Source: Halocafeteria seosinensis
Taxonomy: Eukaryota
DNA length: 43,803 bases
Assembly (NCBI GenBank): GCA_001687465.1
Contig: LVLI01000710.1
Span: 1-43,803, forward strand
Direction: 5' to 3'
Shown piece by piece: positions 10,901 through 21,514 of this stretch. The notes under the pieces were generated by a model. The model saw only the letters and a program-made list of their open reading frames with translations. It did no database searches and was not told the origin of the DNA. Within the stretch, counting starts at the first letter, position 1, and every line of letters begins with the position of its first letter. The position numbers were made by a program, and so were the translations under genes.

Positions 10901-11872
10901 CTCGAGGTTACTATTGTGATAAACATAACCTCATTGGAAAGAACGTTGTGGAGTGGATACATACTATAGTCCGTAACAACTTGTTGAAGTAGGTAAGTAT
11001 TCTTTCCCTGTGGACCTCCGCCATAAACCTTTTTTGGTTTTTTGAGCAAATGTTCAACTTGCGTAGCGGTCGCCGGTCGTGCTTTGAGAGACACTCAGCT
11101 TAGGTGGCCAAAAGTACTCTCCATTATGGATGGAACGTACAGTATGTATATAGGAGAGACCATATTGCACACAGAAGCGTGCGTTGGTGGATGCCTGAAG
11201 GGGAACACAGATAGCCGGTGCGCAGGAATCCCGTTTTTGAAGTTGAAGGAAAGCGTTTTACATTTTCCAACTTTCGAAATGGAACATTGGTTGATGCAGG
11301 TACGGGGTTTTTCATCGGACGGTGCGAACGGAAGTGGAGATTGAAACTGAGGATCTTGTAATCCGTTGAACTTGCTTGGAAAAGTGTATCCGCAATCGAG
11401 TAGACTGAAGACGCATCCTCTATTCTGCATCCACGTTATCGTTTAGGAAATGGGGCGTACGTTTAATCCCGAGGGACTACAGCACGATAATGGCGAACCT
11501 ATAAACGCGAAACAAACTCCCGAGAGTACGGGCACGACGAGGCTTTCAGCTGAGGCTGTGCCTTTTACAACAGAAACGGTTTCCTCGGCTTCGGGATTTG
11601 GGAACATATTTCAGACGACGGATGGCGACTTGACGCACGCGCATGAGTCTGACTTTTTCTATGCTAGTCAATCGGGAAGGGCGGAATATACTGCGAATGG
11701 ATCCCATGAGGCGAACAATAATGACCATTTAACACCCATAAAGGCACCGTCTCGCCAACCCCGCGCACGGACGGAGCAGAGCAATCTTGTTATATCTCCC
11801 TATACTGGTCAAGCGATTGTGTTGCTGGAAGGAGCTGTAAATACCGAGAGTTTATGCCCGTTGTATGAGTAA
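10901..11872 (+). CDS. Hypothetical multi-exon protein (5' end not resolved, possibly decaying)
   Basis: Exons 10901-10988, 11099-11136, 11226-11299 and 11447-11872 can be joined in frame (...NNLLNLGGQKYSPLWMERIPFLKLKESVLHFPTFEMEHWLMQEMGRTFNPE...). No family recognised, and upstream frames contain stops. Confidence 0.35.
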
Positions 11873-12368
11873 TCCTGAGCTAAGAGCTATCCAAGTAGTA
11901 ATGCGATAATAATAGGACACAGCCAACCAAAAGGGGTTGGCAAGTAAAATTGCTGTTGCTGTCGAAGTGTTCATCGTATGACGACGGGTCGCGTATATCC
12001 TTTACTCTCAAGCAATGTGTCATAAACATTTCCATTTGCCTCCTGGCCCTAGTGTATCCATTGCAACAGTTCTTTCCTTCTTGGTTCCAACTGTCCTTTC
12101 GACAACAACAGGCATACACAGCAAACTTCCATCAATTTTGATTCCTTTGATTCCTTGTACTTTTGCTGTCAACAATGTGGCCTGGCATCATCTTCACGGA
12201 GGCTGGTTCTTCCGGCGAGTCTTCCCCGTCCACGCGCGCCTTCTGTTACATACATCGTTGTCTCCGAGGATTGTCCGTGTCATTGTTCTCGTTTCACTCG
12301 GATATTTTGGCTTTTTATATCAGCTGTATGGTTCGGACTGCATTTTGGTACCTTTTCAAACCATCAAT

Positions 12369-13445
12369 ATGGCAGAAAATCAGCCTGAAAACACCCATGG
12401 TAAGATACATTTTGCTTCCTGCAAGGATATCTCGACTCTTATTTGGTATTTTGGGTGCGATGGCATGCACAGATGCTTCTGCTGAAGTAGAGCCAGCCGT
12501 ACGTAACGAGGAAAGCAATCAAGAAGAGACTAAAAAGGAAGAGAAAGGACAGGAGGACAAAGAAAAAAGCGACAAAAAGGGATCCTCGAGGTAAGATTTA
12601 CTGCAATTTAGAAGACGATAGGAGGCGCCGTAATTTTGCGTGTATCTTTATCTATCTGGGGATTGCGTTATTGATGTCTTCGGGTGTGCGTTGCAGATCT
12701 CGCTCGCGCTCTCGTAGCCGGAGTGACAGTCGTGTAAGTATACGGAAAGTTAGCGTTTAAGACGTGTATTCTATTTACGTAATTAAACTATACCCTGTTC
12801 GTTATACAGGATCGGTCTAGGTCTCGATCGGATTCGCGGTCAAGATCTCGCTCGGATGATTCCAGGTCACGCTCGCGCAGCAGAGGAAGATCTCGAGATC
12901 GTTCAGGTTCGGGGAACCGCTCTCGAGGGAGAGAACGGCAGCGCAGTAAATCCCCCGAAAGGACACTTCATGTGAAGAACCTTAGCAAAAACGTACATGA
13001 TGGACATCTTAAAGAGATATTCGAGCGCTATGGTGATATCGACAGGGTAGAACTGGCCAAGGTGCCGAACTCAAACTTACACAAAGGATTCGCATTTGTG
13101 GAATTTAAGGAAAAAGATGACGCACAGAAGGCTGTTGACTACATGGACGGTGGACAATTGGATGGAAACTTGCTACGAGTTAGTTTCATGATACCAAAGC
13201 AGAAGTTTGGCCGCTGGAACGGACCACCTAGGCGGTTTTCAGGCGGTCCTGGCCGTGGAGGTGGTCGACCACGTTATGGCGATCGTTCACCCCCGCGTAG
13301 AGGAAGAAGAAGTCCAAGCCGTTCTCGTTCTCGAAGTCGGTCATATTCGAGAAGCAGATCCCGATCGCCTCGACGACGAGGTCGATCCTCGCCTAGTCGA
13401 AGCCGCAGTCGTAGTCGAGGTAGAAGCGTCAGTCCTGCTCGGTAA
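12369..13445 (+). CDS. RNPS1: RNPS1/SR45-like splicing and EJC factor (RS region - RRM - RS/RP tail), 4 exons
   Basis: N-terminal SR repeats, then RRM LHVKNLSKNVHDGHLKEIF...KGFAFVEF...YMDGGQLDGN typical of RNPS1, then a C-terminal RSRS tract. Confidence 0.88.
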
Positions 13446-13599
13446 TACTGCCGTACATTTGTTTTGATTCAGGATACCCATGCATTGTTTTGCCATTGCG
13501 AATAGAACATCGGTTGCGCTTCCTAGTACGCGTCAATTTCGTCTTCTGCACAGTACAGGTTGTCTACCAGTCTCGCATATCCGCAAGGTTCCTCTTAGC

Positions 13600-14053
13600 T
13601 GCGCTTATTGTGCTGTGTTAACCCCCAAGTTCTTAACCGTGTCTTAGAAAGACATCGAAAAGGGCACTTATGGAATTCGTCTCTGAGGTCCTTTTCTTTG
13701 GTTTCCTTTCCAGCAAGTTTTCCTAGTGTATAGAATTGCGCTGGCTCAGGATCGCATTCTCACTGAGCCTCTCAAGTGCTTCTTTAACTCAGCCAAAGGT
13801 CGCCTCAGTCGCTGTGCAATTTAAACGCTTGGAGTTGCTGCTCGGTGAACGCTCGCCGAGGTCGCTGTTGTTGCGTCTGATTGATCAAATGCAGCAATTT
13901 CGAATCATCCGAGTCCTTTAACTCTTGCGCCAGCTCCAACGATGATGCCTGTTTCGGATCAATCACCCCTGCTGGAATATACTCTTCTAAAGTGGCATGG
14001 GTCTGCTGCTGGGCTTGCTCTTCATGCGAGTTGGTCATCCGAGTATCTTCCAT
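13600..14053 (-). pseudogene. Possible decayed coding sequence
   Basis: The protein-like 82-aa ORF 13805-14053 is followed, in a shifted frame, by protein-like stretches broken by stops (VKEALERLSENAILSQRNSIH*ENLLERKPKKRTSETNSISALFDVFLRHG*). No family recognised. Confidence 0.25.
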
Positions 14054-14560
14054 TGTTCGTTTTCGGGTTTCAAATGCAGACAGAAAGAAAAAAAAAATTA
14101 ATCAACGTTTCAAAATCATTGAATGTACCTTTCAATCCTGCATAAATCTTCCTCGAAGGATCCACAATTCCACCGTGCAATCTTTTCTTCCACTTTCTGG
14201 GGGCCTTTATACAGTGTTGCGCCAGTGCACCAGTTCAAGGGTTTGTCCAGGACGATCAAACCATATAATAGGACATCGTTGTTGCTATTATCGAAGGTTC
14301 AGGACTACTGCCTTTTCTCTTTACCTGAAAACAAAAGGAAAAGGTAAGACCCCGTCCCCAGAAGGGCGCCGAGAGTGACGCGTCGATCCCCGAGGGGGTA
14401 GTGGCCCCTGGGACTCCCCTCGGAGTCGTACCTCAACGCTTTTTGTCATTTCTCAAGGAGGATGACTGCCTGGTGCTATTTACGCTTGTTTATTCCTTTA
14501 TTATTCTATCTTTGCGTATGATGCACCCATGTGTAAATTGATATTTGTGTACTATTGCAG

Positions 14561-15122
14561 ATGACGAACGTACAACCCATCATCAAACGCAAAAAGATCC
14601 AGAAGAGGGCCGCCAAGTTCCACCGATGGCAAGCTCATCAATTCAAGCGTGTCGTCGTACGTCTGTTTACGTGCCTTAGAGCTAGATACATGCATCACTT
14701 AGCATACATACTTCTGCTGTTGGTCTGCAGGATAGCTGGCGCAAACCTAGAGGTATTGACGGGCGCTGCCGAAAAGGCTGCAAAGGGACTGGTAAGGTTT
14801 TTTTACGCCTGTTGATCATTTAGCACCACTTGGTATTTAATCTGGTGTTGTTTGCTGTCTTGCGACTGCAGTTCCCCACCCAAAGATTGGATACGGAACC
14901 AACAGGAAAACCAGAAATGTTTTACCTAATGGATTCAAGAAGTTCCGCGTTACAAACGCTGAAGAAGTGGATATGTTGCTCATGCATAACCGAAGATTCT
15001 GTGCCGAAATTGCACACAGTGTATCTGCCGCCAAGCGCAAGGCTATTCGTGCTCGCTGCGAGCAGTTGAATATTAGATTGACGAACGGCAATGCTAAATT
15101 GCAAGAGGAAGCCAATGAATAA
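14561..15122 (+). CDS. RPL32: 60S ribosomal protein L32 (eL32), 3 coding exons plus a probable 5'-UTR intron 14344-14560
   Basis: Exons 14561-14656, 14731-14791 and 14872-15122 give ...[26 protein letters not shown]...[22 protein letters not shown]...[17 protein letters not shown]. Confidence 0.96.
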
Positions 15123-15585
15123 TTGTTGCTTAGAACCCTTTGCTGAGGAAATAGACTGGTGCACAGCTAATACACAACACCCTTGATCTACAACTACAGC
15201 TTTTCGTGGCAGGTTGGATAATTTTTGAAGACATGTAAAATCCACTGGTATCCCTCCAAACCGGGCTGCCAACACACACTTTCAAGCAACTGCTCCTGTA
15301 CTGCATAGACTAACCACTATTAGAAAGAATGCCAAAATGCCTGGCACTACCTGTAAATTAGCTAACCTAGGTCCTACAATTCCACTACTGGTATAGACGA
15401 ACTCAAATGCCACTAACCCAGTAGAAACATGACACACTCATAGTTGATCGGTAAACCCCTTGGAAGGGCCAATAGTCACTTGGATTGTGTTATTGGTACA
15501 CATTCTATGCAATCCAGTAGCACAAAGCCAAGCAGGGTGGGACAGCAGCGATCGTCCACAATACGGATGCGATAAGCAGGCCTGT

Positions 15586-16447
15586 TTACGCTAAGATACC
15601 GTTGAATTCCTTTCGGAACCAATCTTGTGCTTCCTGTTTACCAATTCGGTGGTTAGCACCAATGCGACCACGAGCGCGCTTCTTCTTCGATACGCGGAAA
15701 CCAGGGCGGCCAAGGACGACGTAGAAGTCCATTCCGTAAATACCCGTGCTGGGATCGTATTTGATGCCAAGATCAATATGCTCGTCAATTCCAAAGCCAA
15801 AGTTACCTGCGTCGAGGAAAGACACGGGGTATAAAAGCGTGCCTACTTCGTTGGGTGGCAAGCCGCTCCGTACATACCAGTGTCACTGAAGTTCTCTTTC
15901 TTTAGTTCGTATTCTTTAACCTTAAGTCCACGCTCTAATAGATCTCTTGCTTTATCTCCTCGTACCGTCACGTGGCAAGCGATTTTTTCCTTACGGCGGA
16001 TACCAAACTGCTTGACCGTGTAACGAGCTGCATAGGCACTCATTCGGCGCGTTTAAATGCTCGGCCACCGGAGAGGAGAGACTTTAGACTACACACCTTC
16101 ATTCAGCACTGGTTTTTGGCCTGTCAATTGCTCCAATACACGAGATGCCAGGGTCAGCTTATCGCCAGCTTCACCTACAGAGCAGTTGAGCACCAATTTC
16201 TCAACATGGATGTTGCGCATGGAGTTATTCGTCTTATCCTTCCCCTGTGAACATAATGGACATCTCGTCAACATCGTGTCGCCCAGGATATAGCGGTATT
16301 GGGCAATATACAGCCAGCAATACCACAGCAGAGACCCAGGAAACTACAAAAAAGCTCAGGGTGCCCTCACAAGGGTGCTTCCGGGGAAGCTGGAACCCTT
16401 GGGGAGTGACCCAAGAGGCACAAGGCCCCGTCTGGGTTACTTACCAT
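15586..16447 (-). CDS. RPL11: 60S ribosomal protein L11 (uL5), 4 exons (first exon contributes only ATG)
   Basis: Exons 16447-16445, 16244-16097, 16027-15878 and 15806-15586 give [16 protein letters not shown]...[24 protein letters not shown]...[28 protein letters not shown]. Confidence 0.97.
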
Positions 16448-16822
16448 TTTTCCGGATTGTGTGGCTTTTTCCAAGAGAATGAAAAAGAAAGCTAACCCTT
16501 TCTTCTATATACTCCAAATAGATAAATATGGAAACGCTGCTCGTCCCAAACCTGATGTATAACAGAGGTAACACAGCTCTTGCTCAGGCAAAGTCGAAAC
16601 GACAATCTTTTGTTGGAGGAATCGTCGACACGATTGACAAGTTAGGTTGCGAAGTTGTGTTGTGGCCACCATCTACATAGGATCACCTAAAACCTACAGG
16701 AAAGCAACTATCTCATTAAAATACTAGTAGGACTTCGAGAGGGTAAGATTGTGTATTAGGATGCTTGACTGTCGCAGCGTTCTAGCACCACTTAGTAGTG
16801 CATGTATGGTAGTAATCCAAAA

Positions 16823-18778
16823 TCATTCCGAGGTACGAGCTTTTTTCTCTGGTTCTCCGTTTTGACTTTCGCCTTCGATTTCTTTGCGTTTTTCGCTGGA
16901 GCTAGGTCCAGCAGTTGCCTCCATAACTTGACTGGAAGAGCCAGTGTTTCCTTTATGCTTAGGCTGTAGCGTATTCACGGTCCCACTGGAGCTGGCGCTT
17001 GCCGCCGATGATGAAGCGAGCGCTGCTCCGCTACTACTGGCACTGGACTGTTTCGGTTGCAAGTGGTTCACACTAGCAGAGGATGAAGAAGATGACTGAA
17101 ACGAACTAGCACTGAATCCTGGTGCAGCCTCGCCATCCCCCATTTGCTGTACAACTTGGGAAAGAGCAGCCTCGGCGGCTTCTTTTGCTTCCCCCGGCTT
17201 TTCTCTCCGTCCGGTCGTATCCAATGACAGCTCCCACAGCTTCTCATACAAGCCGTCTAAAACGTCAGCCTCCTCTATCATTCTGCTTTCCGAACCCTCG
17301 CCCTTTCCCTCCACAGAACGAGCACAGTCAGCAAAGCTACTCAATTTTATTTGGTCTTTCTTCGGCCTTTCGTCCGCTGGGAGTGCCCGGAACTCATTTA
17401 AGTGTTGCTCATTCTCCGTCTTTACCTGTGATAACTTTTCACGTAGTTGCTGTGCATGTTCGGATTCCGACACAGTTGCTAGTAGTCCGTTCCACATATT
17501 GTCAGAAGCCATTGAGTAGTGCTCTTGAGCGCGCTCAAGCTGCATAGTACACAGTAACTTCAAACTATACTGCCTCATTTTTACCAAATCTCACGTACGT
17601 CTGCTGACGATTCCTCTTCGCTTGCCTCATCCGCGTGGAACATATATGCAAGCCCGATGTATGTATGCAGATCAGCCAGGGTACGATAACTATCCGGATA
17701 GACCTCGCGACAATGCTCTATTGCACCAAAATAGTCTTTGATCGCAGTTGAAAATTGGCCTGTACCGCAGACCGTAGAGAAGATCCACATGGGATTAGGA
17801 AATCCAGCGCGTTATTTAAAGCATAACTTACCGTTTTCAAGGCTGACGTCACCAAGATTGGTGAGAACTGTTACCAAAGCTTGCTTGGAATCCTGCAGAA
17901 TTCTTGAGACAAAGTCCAGAAGAATCTGAACACAATAACAGTTGCAGTGCGAACGTACCGTATCCCCTTGGTTGGTATATATAGTCCGTGCAGTCTCCAA
18001 CGTTTCCCAGGCAATTTCTAGCAGCTCATTCCTTTCATCTTCTTCCTCCGTTGTCAAGCCATTTTGTTCAGAATCAGCGTCATCTGCGTCGTCCGAGGTT
18101 ACCGAGCCACTAGTAGCAGCAGCCGAGGCGGAAGTTGCCGAAGATGCGTGGGCTGTAAGGGCAGCGGCCGTAGCAGAGCTCAACGATTCCTGCTGACCCG
18201 AGGTGTTAGTGCCTTGGTTTTGATTTCCCGTTTTCTTTGCCCCGAACATATCAAACAAGGTCTGAGCTTGCTTGAGCAGAGTGCTCCCGTATTCTTGATA
18301 CAACGGCGCCAAGTGGATGCTAAGTTCATCCCCATATCGTCGCACGCTGCACAATAAATATACATCTTTGCTGAATGTTGTTGTCTATAGACAAAGTCAC
18401 TTCAACAATAGCTCACTTGGACTCTAAAGCCGTGCCGTATAGTTCTACAGCTTCATCAAACTCCCCGTTTTTGACATGGTTCCTCGCTTTCATCAACCTG
18501 CCAGGTTCAAAACGCGTGAGTAGGTGACAAATGTAGGCAACAGCACGCAAACAACAAATACAGAAAACAAATGCGCAAAAGGCAAACACCCACTTTAGTT
18601 TAGTTCCCTGGTTGCTCTCCAAGGGCGAATTTTTGGGGTCCGACGAGTTGGAAAAAGAGGCAACCGTAGCAGTGCTGGGGGCAGAAGTAGTTTGCTTCCC
18701 GCCAGCTGCCCCTTCGGTTGACGACGCTGGTGTCCCAGCAGCGGTGCAATCGTTTTCTTTGTTGTCACTAGCGTCCAT
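16823..18778 (-). CDS. NASP: NASP/Sim3/Hif1-family histone chaperone (SHNi-TPR), multi-exon
   Basis: TPR-like FDEAVELYGTALE, LAPLYQEYGSTLL, an acidic interruption, LEIAWETLETARTIY, LGDVSLEN|GQFSTAIKDY and RTLADLH. C-terminal basic NLS-like KRKE...KKAR. Confidence 0.85.
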
Positions 18779-21514
18779 TTTCTTTTGTCCAGTGTTGTGT
18801 TGCTTCCACAGTATTTCAAATTTCGTGTATTTGAACCGTACAATTCAAATGCCAAACTACGTCGCTCAAATTCCACAGGCTGCACTTTTATGCCTTGCTT
18901 TTGCGCAACAAAAACGTGAATGGAGAAAGGGACAATTCGTACTGGACTGGGGGCAACAATCCGCTTTGAGAAAACTTGGGCACCAAGGAATGGGATTAAT
19001 AACGGGGAGTATTGCAAGTTGCAACATCTTTCCTGCGACCGGGCCCGTGCTGTCGCCCGGATCCCGGAAACGCAGGAGCAAGACCTTTGGTGATCGAAAT
19101 AATTCGATTCCTCTCTGTTCTGTTGTCAGTAGTGCTCCAAAACGCAGTTGTAGATATGTAGTAATACACCAACTAGTCATTTGTGAGGGTTTACTGGCAA
19201 AGCCATGTCGGCATTGGATAAACCCAGGTCTCGGAGAAAGGGTGCCAGGATCTCTCCTCTGTCAAGTTGGATAGAGGCAGAGTAGACCCTGACAATGGAA
19301 TGGGAGGAGGATAATCATGCTTTCCATAATGTTTTACTACCCAGTGTGATGAATTCCTGAACATGTCATGGGTGCGTAGAAGATGGAAACGCAGATACAC
19401 GGGAGCCCAACAGAAGTACCTTGCTTTAGGAGGGAGAACAAGACTATTACCAACGTTTGCTTCGAATGAAATGTGCAAGGAATAGTGATTTTGCGAGTAG
19501 GTGACTGTAATGCAGTTCTGGTGGATGGAGGACCAGTATATTGAGCTGTCATTGCAAGACCTTTTTTCGGGGCCCGGAATGGGAGGGTAGGATTTTCACG
19601 GTCCAATTTCACAGCACAGCATATGAGGAGAAAATTCCCGAAAAATGCTATGATGGTTCAAGAGTCACGACGCACCTTTTCCATCGGCACAGGCTCCCCT
19701 TCATGTAGCAACTTGAACTTTCCGTCTCGATAATTCTTCGAAGGGAGACCCACGCGGTAACGCATAATTCTCTATCGTGCATGTATTGATAACATCTCTA
19801 CTGTTGAGTTTATTTTCTTGGATGATGTTTTCTTGGAACTCGTTTTGAGTATTCACTGGTTAAATAGTTCTTGGCTGTGAATATTCAGTGGCACTGGCAC
19901 TACCACGTGTTCTGTAACTTCAAGCCAAGAAGTTCAAGGGTGCATTTGTTCAATAAGGCCCGGTATTACGTTTGGTGAGTAATACTTATATGATCCAAGT
20001 GGAGAATACTGGGAAATATTGCTTCACGCAATCGGAAAAGTAAGTACTCTTGTTCATCGTTCTTCATTCACTTCCCTCTTACTGAACGAAGAGTGGTAGT
20101 CAATTCTCGCATAAAGCGAGAACGAATGACACCGCTGCATGACTCCCGGGGCCTCCATGTAGTGTCCGACTGTGTGCCAGCCAGCATTGTATATAGTCTG
20201 TTGTCCACTGAAGGGGAGCATTATATTGGTGTGAGTCGTTTGAAATGGCGAATTGTGGGGTGCGGGAAAACGGACCTTCGGCAGCTTCAACTTGACTCCG
20301 TGGGTTGAAGGAACTTCAAGGAAGCAAAAGAGCTGGTGCATTTGAGTTGTTGGGCAGAACACGCGCCGAACCCGAAAGCAACCAAAATCCGCATAAAAAG
20401 GGCTTTTCCCGGCCCGGACCGCAGCCCGGACGGAAACGACAAAAACGAACCCACGGGGTAAGTTGAAGGGGAGCCCTACTTCGGTCTTGCCTCCTCTGCT
20501 CCCCTCCTTCTGGTTGGTCCCTAGGAATCATCCGTGAACGAGTAGGCGGCAAGCACAGGGGTAATCATAGGGAACAAAAAGGGTGTGGTGCACAGCCGTT
20601 GGGTTGCCAAGGGAAAAAGCATTCAATTGCCCCCTTTTCTAAATGTATGCACGTTATGGGGTTTGGGAGGTGTTCAAGTAAAGTGAATTTTTGCTGCATT
20701 TGCATAGCATTGGTCGCTTATTTGTTGCACAAGGGTGTAAAAGGAGGTTTCCGGGAGTCTGAGTAAGTTCGTCGGCTTTCTCTTTCAAACAAGGGCCCGG
20801 AAAGTGGGGAGGGTGCCCGTTCGGTCATGTCTCTTCTTATTTCCCCGGACACGCTCTGTCTCTCTTATACACCCCTCTAGTGATGAATAGGAAGGACAGG
20901 GGATCCGAATAGAGTTAGAAAAGGGCTATATGGAGCGTCTGGAGTCGACTGGATCGGTATTAGCTGAGGTTGATGAGCTCCAGGGATGGACTCTTAGAAC
21001 AAGGGCCGGTCCGGCCGCGGGGTAAAAACCCGTTACGGTGCGTGGAAGGGAGTCACCTATTCGTCAAGTATTTTGCATGCCCATGGACGTTCGCTTGTTG
21101 TTCTAGCAGTTTTGGAGGGCGCAACAGGTGTCTCCCCGGATATCTTTGGGCTTCCAGGAGTTGGCGGTGGTTGAGATTTTGGGGTTTGTGAAGCCCGTGA
21201 AAGATTCCCGTTGACTTCTTCGCCTTGGTTTCATGACGTGGTTATTTTGTGCGCTCCTATTTATACTTGGTCAATTTTTCACAATGTTTCTGTTTCGTAT
21301 TGTTTTGGGTCGCTACAGGTTATCTTAACGTTTTGAGCCGAGTACACATTTGGGGACAGATTAATTGATTGCAGAGGCACTGCAGATCTTTGCTGCCGTA
21401 AGCTACGCACCACCCAACGGTAAACAGAGGTACCTAGAGGAACATGTGTATTGGCGCGAGTCCCTTTAGAAGATAGAGGTGGATCGTGTTTCCAACGAAA
21501 ACCACGCCCGTTTA

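Noticed and set aside
12697..13440. Repetitive TCTCGC/CGATCG-like sequence
   Set aside because: Explained by Arg-Ser codons of RNPS1; not a DNA repeat or CRISPR array.
18595..19274. 220-aa (+) and 140-aa (-) ORFs overlapping the NASP start
   Set aside because: Non-ATG starts, no motifs, and antisense to or out of frame with NASP exon 1.
20856..20877. CTGTCTCTCTTATACACCCCT resembles the Tn5/Nextera mosaic end CTGTCTCTTATACACATCT
   Set aside because: It has an extra CT and a mismatched 3' end, and lies in a CT-rich tract. Chance similarity is more likely than adapter contamination.
20880..20968. GTGATGA...CTGA spacing like a box C/D snoRNA
   Set aside because: Weak terminal stem, no clear C'/D' boxes, and no rRNA-complementary guide that I could identify.
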